Virus record (IMG/VR): IMGVR_UViG_3300021137_000001
Span: 186,001-250,000 of that record
DNA: 64,000 nt
Reading direction: 5' to 3' (one strand)
In this document: positions 9,667 to 19,180 of the stretch, in pieces
Position numbering within the stretch: the stretch's first letter is position 1
Layout of the letters: each line of letters starts with the position of its first letter
Translations under genes and position numbers: made by a program
Notes under the pieces: model-generated
What the model was told of the DNA's origin: nothing
Database searches by the model: none
Seen by the model: only the letters and a program-made list of their open reading frames with translations

Positions 9667-10515
9667 ATGGCAACTAAACCTAATTCAAAACGTATCAAAC
9701 CTAATCAGCCAGCAATGGTTAATGCCGCACTTCCGCAAGCACAACAAGCACAACCAGACTTTAGTAAGTATCATATTCACTTTGCAATCCCATGTTACGG
9801 TGGTATGGTAAACGAGCCAACTATGACTAGTTTCTTACGTTTTGTGCTTATGGCGCAACGTGCAGGACTACAATGGTCGCTTGATACTATGGTTAATGAG
9901 TCACTTGTAACACGTGCTCGTAACAACTTAGTTGCTAAGATGATGACTAATGAAAAAGCAACACATTTTATGTTTATTGACTCTGACATTAGATTCCAGC
10001 CAGAGTCGATCTTTCAAATGATCCTATGCGAAAAAGACATCATTGGTGGTTTGTATCCTAAAAAAGCATTACCAATTAGCTATGTAATTAATGTACAACC
10101 CGGTACTACAATTGAAAATGATATTTTTAAAGTAGACACAATGGGCACTGGCTTTATGATGTTTAAGAAAACAGTTGTTGAGAAGATGATTGAACATTAC
10201 GGCCCAACTACAAAATATGTAGATGATGTTGGTCTAGGTAAACAATACGAACCATATATGTACTCATTGTTTGATTGTGAAATTGATGAGAAAGGTCACT
10301 ATCTGTCAGAAGATTGGTTGTTCTGCAGACGCTGGCAGAAACTTGGTGGCGAGATTTATGCGCATAGTAAAGTGCTATTGAATCATTGTGGTCACTATGA
10401 GTTTGCAGGTGATTTAAGTGTATTGACTGGCGGTAAACCAACAATGCCAGATATTACGCCAGATCAAATAGCTGCAAAAGCTACAGCAGAACCAGTGCAA
10501 CACCAACCGGTATAA
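9667..10515 (+). CDS. GT-A-fold glycosyltransferase-like protein
   Basis: IPCYGG, SLVTRARN, FIDSDI (DxD), GTGFMM, LSEDWLFC. Confidence 0.75.
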   Translation: MATKPNSKRIKPNQPAMVNAALPQAQQAQPDFSKYHIHFAIPCYGGMVNEPTMTSFLRFVLMAQRAGLQWSLDTMVNESLVTRARNNLVAKMMTNEKATHFMFIDSDIRFQPESIFQMILCEKDIIGGLYPKKALPISYVINVQPGTTIENDIFKVDTMGTGFMMFKKTVVEKMIEHYGPTTKYVDDVGLGKQYEPYMYSLFDCEIDEKGHYLSEDWLFCRRWQKLGGEIYAHSKVLLNHCGHYEFAGDLSVLTGGKPTMPDITPDQIAAKATAEPVQHQPV

Positions 10516-10518
10516 ATT

Positions 10519-10965
10519 ATGGAACACGAATCACTAGAATTTGCGGTTACAGTTAGTGGAACATATTGGGATAGAAAACCACAGTTTTCTATCTGGTTAG
10601 ATGACCATGTTATTATCCAAACTTCAATTTCTAGTGAGTCGCAACAACCCCACAAGTTTACCCGCACAATAGATGAAGGTGAGCATACTCTCAAAATTCG
10701 TTTAGAAAACAAAACATCTAGTGATACACAAATAGTTAATGGTGAAGTAACTAACGATATGATACTTAACATTGATGATATCACAATTGATGATATATCG
10801 CTCGGGCAGTTGTTGTGGGACGCAGAATACAAATTAGATAAACCACAACAGTATAATGGCAAAGAGATAACTGAGTTAGATAATTGTGTCAATCTCGGGT
10901 GGAATGGCACGTATGTACTTAAATTCACAAGTCCTTTTTACATTTGGCTGCTCGAGAAACTTTAA
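10519..10965 (+). CDS. Hypothetical beta-rich protein
   Basis: 148 aa ORF in the operon. Confidence 0.7.
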   Translation: MEHESLEFAVTVSGTYWDRKPQFSIWLDDHVIIQTSISSESQQPHKFTRTIDEGEHTLKIRLENKTSSDTQIVNGEVTNDMILNIDDITIDDISLGQLLWDAEYKLDKPQQYNGKEITELDNCVNLGWNGTYVLKFTSPFYIWLLEKL

Positions 10966-11006
10966 AAAACTTTAAACTAAATATAGTAATAGCTACAGGA
11001 TTACTA

Positions 11007-12167
11007 ATGTTTTTATCACAACTTTTTGAATCAACAATTAAACATGCATCATTTTGCTTTGGTCGCATGAACCCACCTACTCTCGGGCACGGGCAATTAA
11101 TTGACACAGTAGCGCAAGCTGCACAAGGTGGAGATTACTTTGTGTTTGCAAGTGGTACACAAGATAAGAAAAAGAATCCGTTAGATTACGCTACAAAAAT
11201 TAAATTCCTCAGAGCTTTGTTTCCCGAACAAGCAAGTCACATTGTAAACGACCCAACACTAAAAACTATCATGCAAGTTGCTGAGTGGTTGTATGCACAG
11301 GGTTATAGATCAGTTACGTTTGTAGCTGGTAGCGATAGACTTGATAGCTTTAAACAATTATTAACTAGTTACAATGGTGTCGAAGGTAAAGATGTTTACT
11401 ACAAATTTGATGCTATTAACTTTGTAAGCAGTGGCGAACGTGACCCAGATGCTGATGGTATTGCTGGTATTAGTGCTAGTGGCGCACGTGAAGCGGCTGT
11501 TAATAGTGATATCAATGCATTTGCGCAAGCAACAGGCGCCGGTAAACTAACACAACCATTGTATGATGCAGTACGTAAGGGTATGTTGTTAGAAGGCTTA
11601 CATGAAAGTTTTCCGGAAGTCTACAGCAACATTGTTGATGCTGCTATTAATGCCAGACGAAAAGGTAAGAAAGTAGTTAAGTCAGCGGGCGGTTACTATA
11701 AAGTTACTGACAAGACTGATTTGGCGACCGAAATAGTTCCTAACGAAGAATACTTATTAAAACAAAGAACTATTATTGCTCGTGTTAAAACAATTGATTT
11801 TGAAATTATTAAAAATTTCGAAAGACCATTTGGACAAGAACGAGTAGAATTAGCACATAGTCTACCTATCGATCCAAAAACTAACAGGTTTATAAATGTT
11901 GACGACTGGGTCAATGGATTAGATAAGCTACGTCAAAAATATTTTGCCAAAGAATACGACGATCTTGAGACAGAAAAACGTAAACTTAGAACTGAACTTA
12001 AGATTCTAAGAAAAACTGAGAAAGCATATACAGAATTAGCAGAGTGCAGTGGCTACATTCCAAAGAATAAGAAAGAAGCAAAAGATCCACGCTGGAGTAA
12101 TTCTCTTACTGTAGATATTAAACCAGGTGCGATTAACAAAAATCTCAAAGCATTGCGCTTAATTTAA
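11007..12167 (+). CDS. Phage cytidyltransferase-like (HIGH superfamily) protein with appended modules
   Basis: FGRMNPPTLGH, KNPL, VAGSDR, ISAS..R; leader MFLSQLFE. Confidence 0.8.
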   Translation: MFLSQLFESTIKHASFCFGRMNPPTLGHGQLIDTVAQAAQGGDYFVFASGTQDKKKNPLDYATKIKFLRALFPEQASHIVNDPTLKTIMQVAEWLYAQGYRSVTFVAGSDRLDSFKQLLTSYNGVEGKDVYYKFDAINFVSSGERDPDADGIAGISASGAREAAVNSDINAFAQATGAGKLTQPLYDAVRKGMLLEGLHESFPEVYSNIVDAAINARRKGKKVVKSAGGYYKVTDKTDLATEIVPNEEYLLKQRTIIARVKTIDFEIIKNFERPFGQERVELAHSLPIDPKTNRFINVDDWVNGLDKLRQKYFAKEYDDLETEKRKLRTELKILRKTEKAYTELAECSGYIPKNKKEAKDPRWSNSLTVDIKPGAINKNLKALRLI

Positions 12168-12168
12168 T

Positions 12169-12480
12169 ATGAATGCAGTAAATCTTACAGTTGAAGTACA
12201 CTGTTTAAAGCCAAGCTGGGTCAATCACGAAAACAACAAATATCGCATATATGTCAATGATGATTTATTAACCGAACGCACATGGATATGGGAATTAAAT
12301 ACCTTAATCAATGAAAATATCTGGGTCATTATTCCCGCAAATAGTACTAATACTGTTAGACTCGAACAAATTCTACAAGATAAATCAGTAGCTCAATTCG
12401 CACTTCGTAATTTACAAGTTGCCGATGCGCCATTTACCTCAGAACAAATCAATGATCTAACCATAAGTTTTACATTGTAA
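12169..12480 (+). CDS. Hypothetical protein
   Basis: 103 aa, YRIYVNDDLLTERTW. Confidence 0.7.
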   Translation: MNAVNLTVEVHCLKPSWVNHENNKYRIYVNDDLLTERTWIWELNTLINENIWVIIPANSTNTVRLEQILQDKSVAQFALRNLQVADAPFTSEQINDLTISFTL

Positions 12481-12491
12481 TAAATACATAT

Positions 12492-12665
12492 ATGAAAATA
12501 AATGACATTATTCAACGACCAGACTTAACCGAAGATGCAACAGGCGGCGGTACAAGTGCCGGCGCAATTGCTACAATCCCAGGTGTTGGTACAGGTGCTA
12601 AAGTGGGCGCACTGTTCGGTGGCACTTATAAACAACCTAAAACTAAAAAGAGAAAAACGAAATGA
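12492..12665 (+). CDS. Small Gly-rich protein with basic tail (57 aa, not in the ORF track)
   Basis: Follows ATAAATA at 12480; MKINDIIQRPDLTE|DATGGGTSAGAIA...; stop overlaps the next ATG. Confidence 0.75.
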   Translation: MKINDIIQRPDLTEDATGGGTSAGAIATIPGVGTGAKVGALFGGTYKQPKTKKRKTK

Positions 12666-15544
12666 TGCGTAAACTATTAGAAGCTATGACTAAATTTGCT
12701 AACCCTGAACAAAAACCGGGTGAGCAGTGGAAGGGTACAGATAAGGGTACTCCGGGCAATAAATTAGTAGGTAGCGCAGATGAAAGTGTGCTTAAAGATT
12801 TAAGCAAAGGTCAAACTCCAAAAACTAAAGAAGAAGAATTAGCTGAAGCATTTGCTAACTTTAACGAAGATGACTTAGGTGTAGAAGAAAAACGCCCACA
12901 TCGCACTGGTTCACGTGCAGATAGAGTTGGCGAACGTGGACATAAAGAACAACCTCGTTACACAACAGTTAAAGACAATGTAGACGAAGCAACTGCTGCA
13001 GAACTTAAAGTAGGAGATCACGTTACAGCAAATACAAGTAAAGGTGAAAAGTGGAATGAATCTGCTGATATGTTTAAAGCTGGACAACGTGCTATTAAGA
13101 ATATAAAATCTACAGAGCAACAACGTAAAGCAGAAGCAAACAAAATGGCGCAAGCGCAATCACAGATTGATGTAGATAAAGAAAACGAGCGTGATAGATT
13201 TAGTCAAGAAGAATTATACCCATCAGATGACTCACATGATTTAGATGAAGGTGCTGCTGACGTTTACTCAATAACATCAGAAAGAAATGGTAGAGAGCGT
13301 AGTAAGTCTGGTACGTTAGCTGAACTTATTGAATACTATGGCTACACATTAGAAACTGGTAAATCATACGAACATGAACGTGGTAACAGCAAAATCAATC
13401 TTAACCCGAAAAATATTGAATCATTGGTGCAAAATTTAAACAATGCTAAAAGCAATGCAGCGGCTAATGGACAAAGTAACGAACGCTTTTACGTAGATAA
13501 TGGTAACATGGCAGAAGGTAAACACTTTAAAACAGCTTACGGTTGGGCAGGTGGACGTAATGAAAAGACTGGTAAAATGTACAAACATCCAGATCAAATC
13601 AAAGCAGACCGAGAAGCAAACAAAATGGCACAAGCTCAAGCACAAATTGATGCAGACAGAGAAAAAGAACGTGACAGATTTAGTCAAGAAGAACTATATC
13701 CATCAGATGACTCACACGATTTAGATGAAGCAGCTTATGATCCAACTATGGGATATTCTGGCAGCAAATGGAATTATACTCCATCTAAAATTGAGCGACA
13801 AAAAGAAAAAAGAGTGCCGCTACGAACATTCCAAGAATTGTGTGATATGTTAGGTATAAGCCGACACGCCATGGCAAATATTGCAAAAAAAGTATCCGAC
13901 TTTCCGAAACCAATCCCGGGTATTGGCGGTAAAAAAACATATTATGATCCACAAAAATTTATACAGTGGGCTAAACAAAACGATATAAAAAAATATCTAC
14001 CTAATCAATCTAACGCAGAAGTAGCGGAAGGATGGGGTGCTGATACACAGAAAGCTGAATCAAGTCGCAGTACTGCGGCATGGGATACGCTACGTGCTAA
14101 GTACGCCAATGATCCGGCAATTATCAAAAGATTAAACTATCTTGAGCGTATGAACTGGACAGCAGCCGCAGCAGAAAAGAAAGCTAACGCTGGTGAAATT
14201 AAAGGTGTTGCTGAAAGCAAAGCAGATACAACAGGTTCGTGGGTTGTACATAGTGGTAGCAAAGTAAAGAAATTTAAAACACGCGATGGTGCTAAAGCCT
14301 ATGCTGAAAAGAATGGCGGTAAAGTAGCATCAAGCGAATTCTATGCAGACAAAGTACAAAAAGATATTAACGAAGATGTATCTTCAACAGATCCATTAGA
14401 AGGTGCGTTACTTAATGCTATCCAAGAGTTAGTTAGTCAAGGTCATAAAGATGTAGACCCGATGGTGTTAACTAATATGGTGGTTGCGGCTACAAGTCAG
14501 CCATTCTTACTTAAAGACTTAGTTGATGCTAATAACAACAGTTTAGCAATACAGCATTATATTGATAGTATTAGCCCAAGCAAAGTTAAGTTCTCAACTG
14601 ATACATTAACAGTTAAGAATGAAGATCCAAGTAAAGACAAAGCTAAATCACAAGCTGGTGTAAGCAGTATGGCCAGCAGAGCTGCAAATCGTAGCAGACT
14701 TGGTGAAGGTACAGAAGGTTTGCCAGCTAAAGCAATTGATATGATTAAGAAAATTGCAATGTCAACAGCAACACCAGAACATAAAAAAGCCGCAATTGAT
14801 GCTATTGTTGCTAAGTTCAGTAGTGTGACAGAAATGCGCCCAGATGCTGTTCCTAGTGATAGCACTGCAAGTCCATTGACTTATGCAGAGGTAACTGAAG
14901 GTATCGAAACTCCTTTACAAAATAAAGAAGATTATACTGCTAAACGTAAAGCACTACAAGATATACAATTAGATCCAGATACCAACAAAGATCCACAACT
15001 TGCAGCTGAATTAGCACGTAGATTGGGTAGTTTGAATCAACAGTACACAGACTTGCAAAGCAAATTGCGTGAATTTAAAGAATCACGTGGGCATAAAGCT
15101 ATTGCTACTAAGTTAGGTAATATAGATCGTATGCAGAATGTGCAAATTCCTACACCAGCAGAACGTAGAGAACAATTACGTATTGCTAAAGCTAAGGAAG
15201 AAGTTGGTAAAAAGCAAGTTAAAGAATTTGCGGCTCCAGGTGCTAATCCTGCTCCAGTAACAAATGCTACTCAACCAGTTGTTGATCCAGCCGCAGCGCA
15301 AAAGGTGGCAACTGCAACAAGTACAATTAAAAGTGCAACTGGTTCTACTGTAGCGGCACCTGTATTAGCTACAGCACTCGATGCTGCAAGTCAAGGACAA
15401 GCAAATCCGGCGCAAGTAAAAGCAATTGCACCGATTGCTAATGTAGTTGATGCTGCAACTAAAGATCCTAAACTAGCTGGACAGTTTAAGACACTGGCGA
15501 CGCAAGCACAACAATCACTAAAAGCACAACAAAAACCGCAATAA
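12662..15544 (+). CDS. 960 aa modular protein, putative internal head polyprotein
   Basis: Short modules separated by hydrophobic-x-E|small-residue sites; internal 40 aa duplication; HTH-like module. Confidence 0.7.
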   Translation: MMRKLLEAMTKFANPEQKPGEQWKGTDKGTPGNKLVGSADESVLKDLSKGQTPKTKEEELAEAFANFNEDDLGVEEKRPHRTGSRADRVGERGHKEQPRYTTVKDNVDEATAAELKVGDHVTANTSKGEKWNESADMFKAGQRAIKNIKSTEQQRKAEANKMAQAQSQIDVDKENERDRFSQEELYPSDDSHDLDEGAADVYSITSERNGRERSKSGTLAELIEYYGYTLETGKSYEHERGNSKINLNPKNIESLVQNLNNAKSNAAANGQSNERFYVDNGNMAEGKHFKTAYGWAGGRNEKTGKMYKHPDQIKADREANKMAQAQAQIDADREKERDRFSQEELYPSDDSHDLDEAAYDPTMGYSGSKWNYTPSKIERQKEKRVPLRTFQELCDMLGISRHAMANIAKKVSDFPKPIPGIGGKKTYYDPQKFIQWAKQNDIKKYLPNQSNAEVAEGWGADTQKAESSRSTAAWDTLRAKYANDPAIIKRLNYLERMNWTAAAAEKKANAGEIKGVAESKADTTGSWVVHSGSKVKKFKTRDGAKAYAEKNGGKVASSEFYADKVQKDINEDVSSTDPLEGALLNAIQELVSQGHKDVDPMVLTNMVVAATSQPFLLKDLVDANNNSLAIQHYIDSISPSKVKFSTDTLTVKNEDPSKDKAKSQAGVSSMASRAANRSRLGEGTEGLPAKAIDMIKKIAMSTATPEHKKAAIDAIVAKFSSVTEMRPDAVPSDSTASPLTYAEVTEGIETPLQNKEDYTAKRKALQDIQLDPDTNKDPQLAAELARRLGSLNQQYTDLQSKLREFKESRGHKAIATKLGNIDRMQNVQIPTPAERREQLRIAKAKEEVGKKQVKEFAAPGANPAPVTNATQPVVDPAAAQKVATATSTIKSATGSTVAAPVLATALDAASQGQANPAQVKAIAPIANVVDAATKDPKLAGQFKTLATQAQQSLKAQQKPQ
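13132..13730 (+). repeat. Imperfect ~119 nt direct repeat (13132-13250 and 13612-13730)
   Basis: Both copies encode EANKMAQAQxQIDxDxExERDRFSQEELYPSDDSHDLDE. Confidence 0.95.
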
Positions 15545-15549
15545 GTAAA

Positions 15550-16008
15550 TTAATCGTCAATTTCCTCAGGTGCTGCAATTGCTGTACCATCTGAGGATAA
15601 TTCGTGATCTACTTTCTTCAAATATACTTTAACTGCTGATAGCTTAGTAAACATACGGGCAACACGTTTCTTGTTAAGATATACGCAAAACTTACCAGAC
15701 AAATCTTTCTTAACTTCGGCAAGTGTATCACGCTTATACCCAATGTTTGCTGTATATACTGGTTCAATGTCTGCAATTGTATCAAAGCCAAGTAATATAC
15801 TATCACCTTTGTTGCCCACTTTAACTAACTTTGTATCAAAGTAACCACTATTATTTGCCTGTCGCATAATCATTGCCGCGAGCTTAACATTGTTCTCGGC
15901 TACTTGAATTGTGCCATCCGTATCAATCCAATAATCTTCACCCTCGTATGGTCCGTCGATTGGATCACCAATAATGTTACTTAGTTGCTCGGATATAGTT
16001 TGCGTCAT
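15550..16008 (-). CDS. Hypothetical protein with its own sigma70 promoter
   Basis: 152 aa ORF, GAGA SD, promoter at 16039-16067 on the minus strand. Confidence 0.75.
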   Translation of the reverse strand: MTQTISEQLSNIIGDPIDGPYEGEDYWIDTDGTIQVAENNVKLAAMIMRQANNSGYFDTKLVKVGNKGDSILLGFDTIADIEPVYTANIGYKRDTLAEVKKDLSGKFCVYLNKKRVARMFTKLSAVKVYLKKVDHELSSDGTAIAAPEEIDD

Positions 16009-16038
16009 AGTTGTTCTCAGTTGTTGTAATATAAAGCT

Positions 16039-16067
16039 ATTATACTACCATTTGTGTCAAAAGTCAA
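16039..16067 (-). promoter_or_regulatory. Sigma70-type promoter
   Basis: Minus strand TTGACT-N17-TATAAT. Confidence 0.8.
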
Positions 16068-16137
16068 GTCTTTTCGTAAGTTTTACTTAGAATTAAATTA
16101 GCATAAATATCTTATATGAGTCAGTCTGAGAGAAACT

Positions 16138-16809
16138 ATGCGAATACAAGATTTTAATCCAGTAATTAAAGAAGATAACGAAATGTCCGATGTTGTTACA
16201 GCACACGGGCTAGTGGGCAAATCATTGCATAATCCTACTGCACGTCAAGAATACTTTGATTATATGACACACTTGCGCAACAAGCATGGTAAAGAATATA
16301 GCACACGTGTACATCAAAAAGCAACGGCACTTGCTAAACCAGTAGAAGAAACAATTGTAAAAGTGGGCAGTCAATATGAACTTAAATCACACACTGGTAA
16401 GAACTTGGGCAAGTACCCAACTCGAGCTGGTGCTGAGAAACGTGAACAACAGGTTAATTATTTTAAGCACGTTAAAGAAGATGCGTGGACTGGTGATAAT
16501 CCAGCATGGAACAATGGCACAGATCAATGGCATAGTGCAGATGATGGATCTGGCGGTGGAGTTAGTGGTGGTGCGCCAGCAGCTCCATTAACTGGGGCAT
16601 TACCAATTGAAGAAGATTTTAATCCACAAGATGTTGTTAGTGTTGATGTTCCACTATTAATACGTTTACTTGAATATGCTCGTGAAGATGCAAAAACAGA
16701 CATGGATTTACATAATGTAACAGAACGTTTAATTGCCTTAAGTCAAGAAGGCAATACACTAACAATGCAAGATTATGACACAATTTGCAACACCAAGGAA
16801 ACTGATTAA
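16138..16809 (+). CDS. Modular hypothetical protein, putative head-internal
   Basis: Leader MRIQDF..IKE|D; junctions VEE|T, VKE|D, IEE|D; ATAAATA at 16103. Confidence 0.7.
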   Translation: MRIQDFNPVIKEDNEMSDVVTAHGLVGKSLHNPTARQEYFDYMTHLRNKHGKEYSTRVHQKATALAKPVEETIVKVGSQYELKSHTGKNLGKYPTRAGAEKREQQVNYFKHVKEDAWTGDNPAWNNGTDQWHSADDGSGGGVSGGAPAAPLTGALPIEEDFNPQDVVSVDVPLLIRLLEYAREDAKTDMDLHNVTERLIALSQEGNTLTMQDYDTICNTKETD

Positions 16810-19142
16810 TGGCATCATTACTGTATACATATATTATTAATACATCAGGACCGCGAGCATTTACTATGCCCGATGGTTTTAAAGATACCGCAGTACTTCA
16901 TTTATGGGGTGCAGGCGGTGGAGCAGGTTCAAATGCCGTAGGCGGTGGCGGTGGTTATTCCAGAACAACAGTAACAATACAAAAAGGTGACATAGTCGAA
17001 CTTGGAGTCGGCTTACCAGGTAGTCCAGCAACTGGAAACACTCCCGGCACAGGTGGCGGCAGTTCAATCGGTCTACGTTATAGTGGAGGTCCTGGAGGTC
17101 CCGGTAGTACAATATCTGGCGATGATAATATCGGCGGAGCAGGTGGTGGTGGTGGCGGCGCAACTGTTGTTATGGTTAATGGCATTGCGGTCGGAGTTGC
17201 CGGCGGCGGAGGCGGTGGGGGCGGTGGAAGTGGTTACCAAACAGGTGCGGCTGGATTGGCCGGTGGAGTATACACTGCATTAACATTAAACACACAAGGC
17301 GGTGCTGGCGCTGCTGCGTATGCAGCTGGAGGCGGTGGTGGTGGTGGCTATTTTGGCGGCGCAGCTGGTGCAGGCAAAGGTGACGATGTTGGTGGTGGCA
17401 ATGGCGGGTCTGGCGGTGAAAATTACGGCACAATTGCTATTATAGGGTCGGGAACAATTAGTGGTGGCGTAGGACAAACTTACGCACCAACAGCAAACTT
17501 TGGACACGCTGGTTACGGCGGTTATGCAGTAATTGAGTTTACCCGTAAATTCCAAATATACACAAAAGATTCAGGTACATGGCATCAAATATTAAATGCG
17601 TGGGTTAAAACACCTGCACATCAAATTCCAGCCACAATAGTACATCAACCAGAAACAGTATCATTTACTACTAATTCAACTTTTACAGTACCGGCCGGAG
17701 TAACTGCACTTACTGTAACTGCTATCGGTGGTGGAGGTGGTGGTGGAGGTGCAGATGGTAATGCAAGTGGCGGATATTACTATGATGAAGCCGGTGTATT
17801 AAAAGGTGGCTACCCGGGTGAGAAAGTGTCAGGTACTATCGCAGTCGCCCCTGGCCAAATATATACAATAACTCCGGGTAATGGTGGTGAAGGTGGACAA
17901 GGTAGAGCTAGTAGTGCAGTCGGTGGTGCAGCAGGTACTGGTTATTTTCCGGGTGGTAGAGGCGGATATGCTGGTGCATCAGGATCATCGGGAGCAGGTG
18001 GTGGCGGTGGCGCAGCAACAGTAATATTACTTGCTGGCAATCCGTTATTAGTAGCCGGTGGTGGCGGAGGCGCTGGTGGATCAGGCAATGGTGCCTATGG
18101 TGTTGCTACAATCGGTACATATACATCTGGAACAACTGGTGCACAAGGACAAGACAAATCAGGCGATGGTGGTGGAGGCGGTGGCGGAGGTGGCGGTCAC
18201 ACACAAGGCGGTTCTGGTGGACCAACACGTGGTGGCGACAGTGGCGGATATTCAGGTCAAACTGGTAAATCATTAGCACCATCAGGAACAACAGTAGGTG
18301 TTGGAACTAACGGTGGTTTATATGCAAGTGGCAACGGTGGACGTGGATCTGTCACTGTAACATACACATTACCAACTGAATATATTACTATTGCAGACGG
18401 TGGCTGGAAAGAAATTGAACAAGTATATGAAAAATATAACGGTGTATGGAATCCAGTATTAAGCATAGAAACAGTAAATGATAAACGTGGTGCACGTTAT
18501 ACTACACCTGGTACGTATGTATGGGTATGCCCTAGTGACATTGTTAGAGTTAAAGCAATGGTATACGGTGCTGGTGGTTCAGGTACTGGGGGTGCTGGTG
18601 GAGCAGGTGGATTTACAACTGATTATACAACAGTAACTCCAGGTGCGCATTATGCAGTGGTAGTCGGTGCTGGTGCAGAACCAACAGGCTCGGCAGCTGG
18701 TCAAGATAGTAGTTTTAATGTAACAGTAGTTGCCCATGGTGGAGCACACGGCGCGGCACAATCAGCTGGAACAGATGCTGGTGGTGCAGGTGGTATATCA
18801 GCAGGTGGAGATATAAATCTAACTGGGGTGGCTGGTACAGCAGGAAACGCTCTTTATTCATACTACTACTATTGGTGGGGTGGCTGGAATAGCTACTACG
18901 GTTGGGGAGGTTATAACTATTATAACTACAATGGTATCGGTAATTACGCCAACGGGTATTATGGCTATAATTATAACTACGGTTATAACAACTATGGTTG
19001 GGGCGGATGGTATGGCTGGGGATGGCCGTACTCTTATCAATCTGGTTATAACTATGGTACGCCAGGAGTTGGTTATGATGGAATCGGTGGTGGGGCAGTT
19101 ACTACTACAGGCGCACCGGGTGCAGTACTTATTGTGTACTAG
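16809..19142 (+). CDS. Glycine-rich virion, tail-fibre or adhesin-like protein
   Basis: Three Gly-rich domains each opening with a xGxGG poly-Gly run; Tyr/Trp/Asn/Gly-rich C-terminal insert. Confidence 0.7.
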   Translation: MASLLYTYIINTSGPRAFTMPDGFKDTAVLHLWGAGGGAGSNAVGGGGGYSRTTVTIQKGDIVELGVGLPGSPATGNTPGTGGGSSIGLRYSGGPGGPGSTISGDDNIGGAGGGGGGATVVMVNGIAVGVAGGGGGGGGGSGYQTGAAGLAGGVYTALTLNTQGGAGAAAYAAGGGGGGGYFGGAAGAGKGDDVGGGNGGSGGENYGTIAIIGSGTISGGVGQTYAPTANFGHAGYGGYAVIEFTRKFQIYTKDSGTWHQILNAWVKTPAHQIPATIVHQPETVSFTTNSTFTVPAGVTALTVTAIGGGGGGGGADGNASGGYYYDEAGVLKGGYPGEKVSGTIAVAPGQIYTITPGNGGEGGQGRASSAVGGAAGTGYFPGGRGGYAGASGSSGAGGGGGAATVILLAGNPLLVAGGGGGAGGSGNGAYGVATIGTYTSGTTGAQGQDKSGDGGGGGGGGGGHTQGGSGGPTRGGDSGGYSGQTGKSLAPSGTTVGVGTNGGLYASGNGGRGSVTVTYTLPTEYITIADGGWKEIEQVYEKYNGVWNPVLSIETVNDKRGARYTTPGTYVWVCPSDIVRVKAMVYGAGGSGTGGAGGAGGFTTDYTTVTPGAHYAVVVGAGAEPTGSAAGQDSSFNVTVVAHGGAHGAAQSAGTDAGGAGGISAGGDINLTGVAGTAGNALYSYYYYWWGGWNSYYGWGGYNYYNYNGIGNYANGYYGYNYNYGYNNYGWGGWYGWGWPYSYQSGYNYGTPGVGYDGIGGGAVTTTGAPGAVLIVY

Positions 19143-19180
19143 ATTGTACACACTATAAATAAAACAAAAGGAGTAATTCA

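Noticed and set aside
9449-9673. Minus-strand 74 aa ORF and other short ORFs overlapping long genes (e.g. 5768-6187, 10464-10928, 29656-30153, 43343-43798, 53399-53902, 62354-62827)
   Set aside because: Shadows of well-supported genes, with no SD or motifs; at 9477-9641 the + strand ORF has both SD and promoter motif.
13132-13730. CRISPR array or mobile-element terminal repeats
   Set aside because: Only two in-frame coding copies with mostly codon-level divergence; no repeat-spacer periodicity noticed anywhere.
18855-19058. Diversity-generating retroelement variable region
   Set aside because: No reverse transcriptase and no second copy differing only at adenines seen in the window.
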